Below, one piece after another: positions 58,695 through 64,000 of a DNA stretch of 64,000 nucleotides (the first letter of the stretch is position 1; every line of letters begins with the position of its first letter). The position numbers and the translations under genes were made by a program. The DNA is from Candidatus Nomurabacteria bacterium (GTDB taxonomy: Bacteria; Patescibacteriota; Minisyncoccia; Phycocordibacterales; UBA918): NCBI GenBank assembly GCA_020632015.1, contig JACKGI010000001.1:156949-220948 (forward strand). Direction: 5' to 3'. Under the pieces are notes generated by a model. The model saw only the letters and a program-made list of their open reading frames with translations, was not told where the DNA came from and searched no databases.

Positions 58695-60047
58695 ATGGGT
58701 GAACGAGCCAGAGAATTATTTATTTTGGTTGTTGGAGACATAATTGTTTTCAATGTAGCTCTTTGGCTGACTTTGTTGGTGAGATATTTTGAATTGCCGA
58801 CGATGGACAGATTAGATGCACACATTCCACCGTTTCTTACTTTTACAGCTGTTTGGTTAGTCATATTTTTTATTCTTGGTTTATATGACAAACACACAAA
58901 CCTCCTAAAAAAACTGCTAGTCAGTAGAATCTTATATGCACAAAGTATAAACGTATTTGTTGCAGGTATATTGTTTTTCGTTATCCCTTTTGGTATTACA
59001 CCTAAGACAAATCTAGTTTTGTACTTAATAATTTCTTCAATCTTGCTTACCGCTTGGCGACTGAGAGTTATTCCGTTGCTTTCTCCTAAACAACGTCACA
59101 AAGCACTTTTGATAGCTGATGGTAAGGAGGCAGTAGAGTTAGCTGATGAGATAAATAATAATGATAGGTACAACTATTATTTTGTAAGAATAATAGACGA
59201 ACAGACGCTCACGCAAACTGTCGACTTTGAAAAAAAGATTTTGTCTTTAATGGAGCGTGAGAAAATTGAATTAGTGGTCGTTGATCCAAGAGGAGACGCG
59301 ATTAAAACTTTTTTGCCTGTTCTATTTGATTTATCTTTTCTTCATTTTGCGTTCACCTTCTTAGATTTTAATCGTCTGTATGAAGATACTTTTGATAGGG
59401 TTCCCGTTTCTATGTTGCAGTATGAATGGTTTATTACCAATATATCTCAATCAAAAACTGCAATTTATGATGTCGTAAAACGAACTATTGATGTGCTCGG
59501 ATCAGTATTTTTAATGATACCAGCGGGGTTAGCTTTTCCCTTTGTCGCTCTCGCTATTAAGCTAGAAGATAGGGGTCAGCTTTTTTATACTACGACCAGA
59601 GTCGGTCAGTTCAATAAGCAAATTAAAATCTTTAAATTCCGCACAAAAAATGGGGCTGATGTCGGAAGTCAGGCCCTGAGCAGTGATTTGGTAGATACGA
59701 AAGTTGGTCTTTTCTTACGTAAGACTCGGATTGATGAGTTGCCTCAATTGTTTAATGTATTGAAAGGAGATTTGTCATTTATTGGTCCACGTCCAGAGAT
59801 GCCTGCCTTGGCTGAAGTTTATGCGAAGGAGATACCGTACTACAACACCAGACACTTTTTGAAGCCAGGTCTTTCTGGTTGGGCGCAAATTAATAACTAT
59901 GACGTCCCTCGTGGTGGAGTTGATGTCGAAAGAACAATCGCTAAGCTCTCCTACGATTTATTCTACTTAGAGCGACGTTCAATACTCTTAGATTTACAAA
60001 TTGCCTTTAAAACTATTGCGACAATCTTGATGCGCACCGGAACTTAG
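58695..60047 (+). CDS. polyprenyl-phosphate sugar phosphotransferase (WbaP/bacterial sugar transferase family)
   Basis: N-terminal TM helices. C-terminal KRTIDVLGS...ALAIKLEDRGQLFY...RVGQ...DELPQLFNVLKGDLSFIGPRPE is the PF02397 signature. Confidence 0.8.
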   Translation: MGERARELFILVVGDIIVFNVALWLTLLVRYFELPTMDRLDAHIPPFLTFTAVWLVIFFILGLYDKHTNLLKKLLVSRILYAQSINVFVAGILFFVIPFGITPKTNLVLYLIISSILLTAWRLRVIPLLSPKQRHKALLIADGKEAVELADEINNNDRYNYYFVRIIDEQTLTQTVDFEKKILSLMEREKIELVVVDPRGDAIKTFLPVLFDLSFLHFAFTFLDFNRLYEDTFDRVPVSMLQYEWFITNISQSKTAIYDVVKRTIDVLGSVFLMIPAGLAFPFVALAIKLEDRGQLFYTTTRVGQFNKQIKIFKFRTKNGADVGSQALSSDLVDTKVGLFLRKTRIDELPQLFNVLKGDLSFIGPRPEMPALAEVYAKEIPYYNTRHFLKPGLSGWAQINNYDVPRGGVDVERTIAKLSYDLFYLERRSILLDLQIAFKTIATILMRTGT

Positions 60048-60076
60048 AGTGAACTTTTAAAGTTACATCTGTATAT

Positions 60077-60988
60077 ATGACAACAAAAACATTTCTTATC
60101 ACCGGCGGGGCTGGGTTCATCGGTACTAACATTGCAGAAAAGCTGGTCTCAGAAGGGCAGGTGGTTAAGGTGGTAGACAATCTTGTGGGTGGAAACGATA
60201 AGCGGTTACCCAAGGAAGTAGAATTTAATAAGTTAGATATTAGAGAAACAGAAGCCTTGGCAAAAGTTTGCGAAGGAGTTGACGTTGTTATTCATTTAGC
60301 TGCCTTGCCTAGAGTTCAGTTCTCAATTCAACATCCACAAGAAACGCATGATGTGAATGTGACAGGAACCCTTTCGGTTCTTGAGGCGGCCAAAAAGGCT
60401 GGTGTTAAGAGGGTTGTCTACGCTGCTTCTAGTTCGGCTTATGGAGATCAGGAGGTGTTGCCATTGTCAGTTGATTTGCCTCCACAGCCGAAGAGTCCGT
60501 ATGCTCTACAAAAATATATGGGGGAGGAAATGATGAGACTATGGAGTGAAATATTCTCGATTGAAACTGTCTCGTTGCGATTCTTCAATGTATACGGTCC
60601 ACACCTTGATCCGGAAGGCCCGTATGCTCTAGTGATTGGACGCTTCCTGAAGTTGGTAAAAGATGGTGAACCGCTAACTATTACTGGAGACGGAGAGCAG
60701 ACAAGAGACTTTACTCATGTTCGAGACGTGACTAGAGCAGTTATTCTGGCAGCCAATAAAGATACTGTAGGCAAGGGTGAGTCACTAAACGTTGGGGCAG
60801 GTAACCAAACATCAATTAATGACTTGGCCAAAATGATTGGCGGCAAAATTGAATATGTTCCAGCTAGACTTGAGCCAAAACATACTATGGCTGACATCTC
60901 CAAAACCAAAGAGCTTCTTGGCTGGGAACCCACAGTTAAGTTGGTAGACGGAGTAGAAGAACTGAAAAAGTATTTTGGCTTGGTGTAG
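60077..60988 (+). CDS. NAD-dependent sugar-nucleotide epimerase/dehydratase (extended SDR)
   Basis: ITGGAGFIGTN GxxGxxG motif and a YxxxK region (SPYALQKYMGE). Confidence 0.8.
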   Translation: MTTKTFLITGGAGFIGTNIAEKLVSEGQVVKVVDNLVGGNDKRLPKEVEFNKLDIRETEALAKVCEGVDVVIHLAALPRVQFSIQHPQETHDVNVTGTLSVLEAAKKAGVKRVVYAASSSAYGDQEVLPLSVDLPPQPKSPYALQKYMGEEMMRLWSEIFSIETVSLRFFNVYGPHLDPEGPYALVIGRFLKLVKDGEPLTITGDGEQTRDFTHVRDVTRAVILAANKDTVGKGESLNVGAGNQTSINDLAKMIGGKIEYVPARLEPKHTMADISKTKELLGWEPTVKLVDGVEELKKYFGLV

Positions 60989-61026
60989 TTGAACTTTTAA
61001 GCTATAAATCTGGTATACTCGCCGTA

Positions 61027-61818
61027 ATGTTAGTAGACGGAAAAACTATTGCTAAAGAAATATTAGATCAGGTGGCAAGGGACGTGGCGCCGTCTTCGAC
61101 GGCGCCACGTCTAACTGCTATCACCTGTGCTCCAAATTTTGAAACACAGAAGTATCTGGAGATGAAAAAACAAAAAGCTTCTGCTGTAGGGATTAATTTA
61201 AATGTCGTAGAACTTCCAGCTGATGTTTCAACAGAAGAAGTCATTAAGTGTGTGGAGAGAGTAGCAGAGGAATCAGATGGTGTTGTGGTTCAGCTACCTT
61301 TTCCTGCTCAGGTAAATCGGGATATGGTTTTAGAGGCAATTCCGCCCGAAAAAGATCCTGATGGATTTAAGTACGGGCAAGTAGAGGGCGCTTGTCTTTC
61401 TCCGGTGGTTGGAGCGATAGATGAAATCAGTAACAGATACAATGTTATCTGGTCGGACAAACGGGTTGTGATTATTGGTGAGGGTAGGCTGGTAGGTATT
61501 CCCTCTGCTCACTATGCTCAGACAAAGGGAGGGATAGTCGATGTTTTAACCAAAGAGAATTTTTCGAAGGCTAAATTATCAGACGCAGATATTATTGTTA
61601 CCGGAATTGGTCAGCCACATCTAATAGGTGAAGATCTGGTAAAAGAAGGCGTTATTATTTTTGATGCAGGCACTTCAGAGGATGGTGGTGTTTTGGTGGG
61701 TGATGTGTCACCAGAAGTAGGAAATAAAGCCTCGCTATTAACTCCAGTACCAGGCGGGATTGGTCCAATTACTATTGCTTATTTATTACGAAACCTAGTG
61801 AGCCTAGTACGTCAATAG
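61027..61818 (+). CDS. folD: bifunctional methylenetetrahydrofolate dehydrogenase/cyclohydrolase
   Basis: DGKTIAKEIL N-terminus. VVIIGEGRLVGIP NAD(P) site and PVPGGIGPITIAYLLRN. Confidence 0.85.
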   Translation: MLVDGKTIAKEILDQVARDVAPSSTAPRLTAITCAPNFETQKYLEMKKQKASAVGINLNVVELPADVSTEEVIKCVERVAEESDGVVVQLPFPAQVNRDMVLEAIPPEKDPDGFKYGQVEGACLSPVVGAIDEISNRYNVIWSDKRVVIIGEGRLVGIPSAHYAQTKGGIVDVLTKENFSKAKLSDADIIVTGIGQPHLIGEDLVKEGVIIFDAGTSEDGGVLVGDVSPEVGNKASLLTPVPGGIGPITIAYLLRNLVSLVRQ

Positions 61819-61867
61819 TACTGGGTGTTCTATTGTGGTATAAATACAGCCATAGTTTAATTATTTT

Positions 61868-63346
61868 ATGTCTAAAAACGAGACTCAAGCATCAGACCAA
61901 TCACAAACTTTTTTGCGGTGGTTTAGAGTGATAGTAGTTGTAAGTCTTATTGCATGGTTAGCCAATTCTGTAATTACTAATGCTACTAATCCAGATTCCG
62001 AAAAGCCTTTCAAGCTCGGTCTTGATTTGGCTGGAGGTTCTCACTTAGTTTATGTGGCTGACACTTCAGGGGTCGAGGCTTCAGAAGTATCGGAATTAAT
62101 GAATGTCTTGCGTGACGTGATTGAGCGTAGAGTAAATATCTTTGGTGTTTCTGAACCAATTGTTCAGGTGGAACACAGTAGTTTTGTCACCGAAAACCCT
62201 ACTGAACGCTTGGTAGTAGAATTGCCAGGTGTGACCGACGTTAGTGAGGCGGTTGCCGAAATTGGTCGTACTCCGCTATTGGAATTCAAACTTTTTAGTC
62301 AAGAGATGGCGGCTCAGCAAGAAGCACTAAGCAGTCTAGGGTCTTTAACTGAATCATCAAGCTCATCTGGGGCGATTATTGGTGACATAAAAATAAACGG
62401 GGAAGAAGTAAATGTAGACAACGAAGAATTACCATTTACGGATACTGGTCTAACTGGTAGATATCTAAAGTCAGCCAGTCTCGAATTTGCAGGTTCAAAT
62501 AGTGGAAGACTTTCCAATGAGCCTTTGGTGACAGTTACTTTCTCCCCAGAGGGCTCAGATTTATTTGCTGAAATTACCAAAGCGCACGTTGGGGAACAGC
62601 TCGGTATATTCTTAGATGGTGAAATGCTTTCAGCTCCAGTTATTAATGAACCAATCACTGGCGGTACGGCTGTTATTTCTGGCAACTTTGAACTTGAAGA
62701 AGCTAGGTCGCTAGCCAAGAACTTAAGTTTTGGTGCTTTGCCATTACCAATTGAACTACAAAGTACTCAGACTGTAGGTGCTTCGCTTGGAGCAGAGGTT
62801 TTAAATCATGGTATCAAGGCAGGTGTATTTGGATTTAGTTTAGTTATGATTTTTATGATTCTTTGGTATCGATTACCAGGGTTGGTAGCTGGAGTAGCTC
62901 TACTTTCTTATATAACTATCATGTTGGCCTTATTCCAATTTGTACCTGTTACTCTAACCGCTGCTGGTCTAGCAGGATTCATTTTGTCACTCGGTATGGC
63001 AGTAGATGCAAACGTTCTGGTTTTTGAACGCATGAAAGAAGAGTATCGATCAGGAGCAGGAAGTCGTGACTCAGCACATGTTGGTTTCTCTCGAGCATGG
63101 AGCGCAATCCGAGACGGAAACATCACTAGTTTGCTTTCGGCAATTATCTTGTTCTGGTTTGGAACTTCTATGGTGAAAGGTTTTGCTCTTGTGTTTGGTA
63201 TGGGAATTATTATTTCAATGTTTTCTGCTCTAGTGATTACTCGTACATTTTTGATCGCATTGCCTGAGGTAAAACAGTCTAGTAATAGCTTGATTGCTAA
63301 ATTACTTGGAAGTGGGTTGAGTTTTAATAAGACAAAAAAGAATTAG
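61868..63346 (+). CDS. secD: protein translocase subunit SecD
   Basis: LGLDLAGGSHLVY periplasmic-domain motif and 6 C-terminal TM helices. Confidence 0.85.
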   Translation: MSKNETQASDQSQTFLRWFRVIVVVSLIAWLANSVITNATNPDSEKPFKLGLDLAGGSHLVYVADTSGVEASEVSELMNVLRDVIERRVNIFGVSEPIVQVEHSSFVTENPTERLVVELPGVTDVSEAVAEIGRTPLLEFKLFSQEMAAQQEALSSLGSLTESSSSSGAIIGDIKINGEEVNVDNEELPFTDTGLTGRYLKSASLEFAGSNSGRLSNEPLVTVTFSPEGSDLFAEITKAHVGEQLGIFLDGEMLSAPVINEPITGGTAVISGNFELEEARSLAKNLSFGALPLPIELQSTQTVGASLGAEVLNHGIKAGVFGFSLVMIFMILWYRLPGLVAGVALLSYITIMLALFQFVPVTLTAAGLAGFILSLGMAVDANVLVFERMKEEYRSGAGSRDSAHVGFSRAWSAIRDGNITSLLSAIILFWFGTSMVKGFALVFGMGIIISMFSALVITRTFLIALPEVKQSSNSLIAKLLGSGLSFNKTKKN

Positions 63347-63354
63347 CAAATACT

Positions 63355-64000
63355 ATGTTCGCAATTACCTACAAAAAAATATTTCTTATCATTGCTGGAT
63401 TTGTGATGACCACTAGTGTGTTGCTGATTGCTGTTCTGGGTCTTAATCTAGGTATTGATTTTACCGGCGGTTCATTAACTGAGGTGGCGTACAATAATGC
63501 TCCGGCAAAAGAAGAGGTTGAAGCAAAAATTTCTGAACAAGATTTAGGAGGTTTTTCAGTCAGAGAATCAGAAGATGACGCTGGTCGGCCAGCATATTTG
63601 ATTCGTACTATTGATCTGACAGATTCTGAGCGTGATACTTTGGCAAAAAATATTACTGAGCTCGGAGAAGGGGGAGAAGTTACTCGTTTCACATCTATCG
63701 GTCCGGTTATCGGTCAAGAGCTTAGGGATAAGGCTGGTTGGGCTATTTTTGGAGTAGTTTCTATTATCGTACTTTATGTTGCTTTTGCTTTTGCTGGGAT
63801 CGGTACGCCAGTTAGTTCTTGGACATATGGTGGTATTACTATTTTGGTACTTATTCATGACGTACTAGTTCCAACTGCAATGATGAGTGTTCTGGGATAT
63901 TTCCTAGGTTTGGAAGTCGATGTGCTATTCGTGATGGCGCTTCTGGCGGTACTTGGTTATTCAGTAAATGACACAATCGTTGTGTTCGACCGAGTGCGTG
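63355..64000 (+). CDS. secF: protein translocase subunit SecF (5' part; continues beyond the window)
   Basis: IDFTGGSLTEV motif after the first TM. Immediately downstream of secD. The ORF is open to the window end. Confidence 0.8.
   Translation, partial: MFAITYKKIFLIIAGFVMTTSVLLIAVLGLNLGIDFTGGSLTEVAYNNAPAKEEVEAKISEQDLGGFSVRESEDDAGRPAYLIRTIDLTDSERDTLAKNITELGEGGEVTRFTSIGPVIGQELRDKAGWAIFGVVSIIVLYVAFAFAGIGTPVSSWTYGGITILVLIHDVLVPTAMMSVLGYFLGLEVDVLFVMALLAVLGYSVNDTIVVFDRVR

Overview
This 64 kb window is low-GC and gene-dense. Most genes sit on the + strand as short operons ending in clear rho-independent terminators. Several housekeeping operons carry an extended -10 promoter (TGATATAAT).

Gene content and architecture match a reduced-genome bacterium of the Candidate Phyla Radiation / Patescibacteria type.

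**Housekeeping backbone**
- A clustered dNTP/thymidylate module: nrdB with an N-terminal ATP-cone, nrdA, then folA, dcd, thyA, tmk, dut and glyA.
- secE-nusG-rplK with no rplA (ribosomal protein L1), and rplJ-rplL far downstream.
- IleRS, GlyRS (alpha2 type) and MetRS.
- rpsF-rpsR-ssb, efp, an ECF sigma factor, recA, ftsK and a Kv-like potassium channel.
- A type IV pilin plus vWA protein, SEDS (FtsW/RodA), a glycosyltransferase / sugar-phosphotransferase / epimerase envelope cluster, folD and secDF.

**Unusual items**
1. A small integrated element (about 1.8–5.5 kb) ends in a large serine recombinase. The recombinase ORF runs antisense across a complete tRNA-His(GTG) gene.
2. The isoleucyl-tRNA synthetase carries an in-frame histidine-phosphatase (RHG, PGAM-like) domain of about 200 aa. 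It is inserted between the catalytic core and the anticodon-binding region.
3. The rRNA locus is 23S-5S only, with no 16S in the roughly 600 nt upstream.
   - The 23S carries an AT-rich helix-45-type intervening sequence that holds an RBS and a 41-codon hydrophobic ORF.
   - It also carries a roughly 206 nt group-I-like intron in domain IV (about E. coli position 1931).
   - The 590 nt 23S-5S spacer contains a tRNA-like element (T-arm plus ACCA) bracketed by perfect 19-bp inverted repeats.
   - The 5S is followed by a 71-nt duplicate of its 3' part.
4. A GC-rich, multi-helix RNA-like element lies downstream of rplL.
5. A CofE-family (FolC2-like) ligase sits next to folA.
6. A regulatory region is dense in GGACA-N7-TGTCCCTTG and GTCTC motifs. 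It lies upstream of an HTH protein and a highly acidic, codon-biased secreted protein with a peptidoglycan-binding domain.

No CRISPR array was seen.
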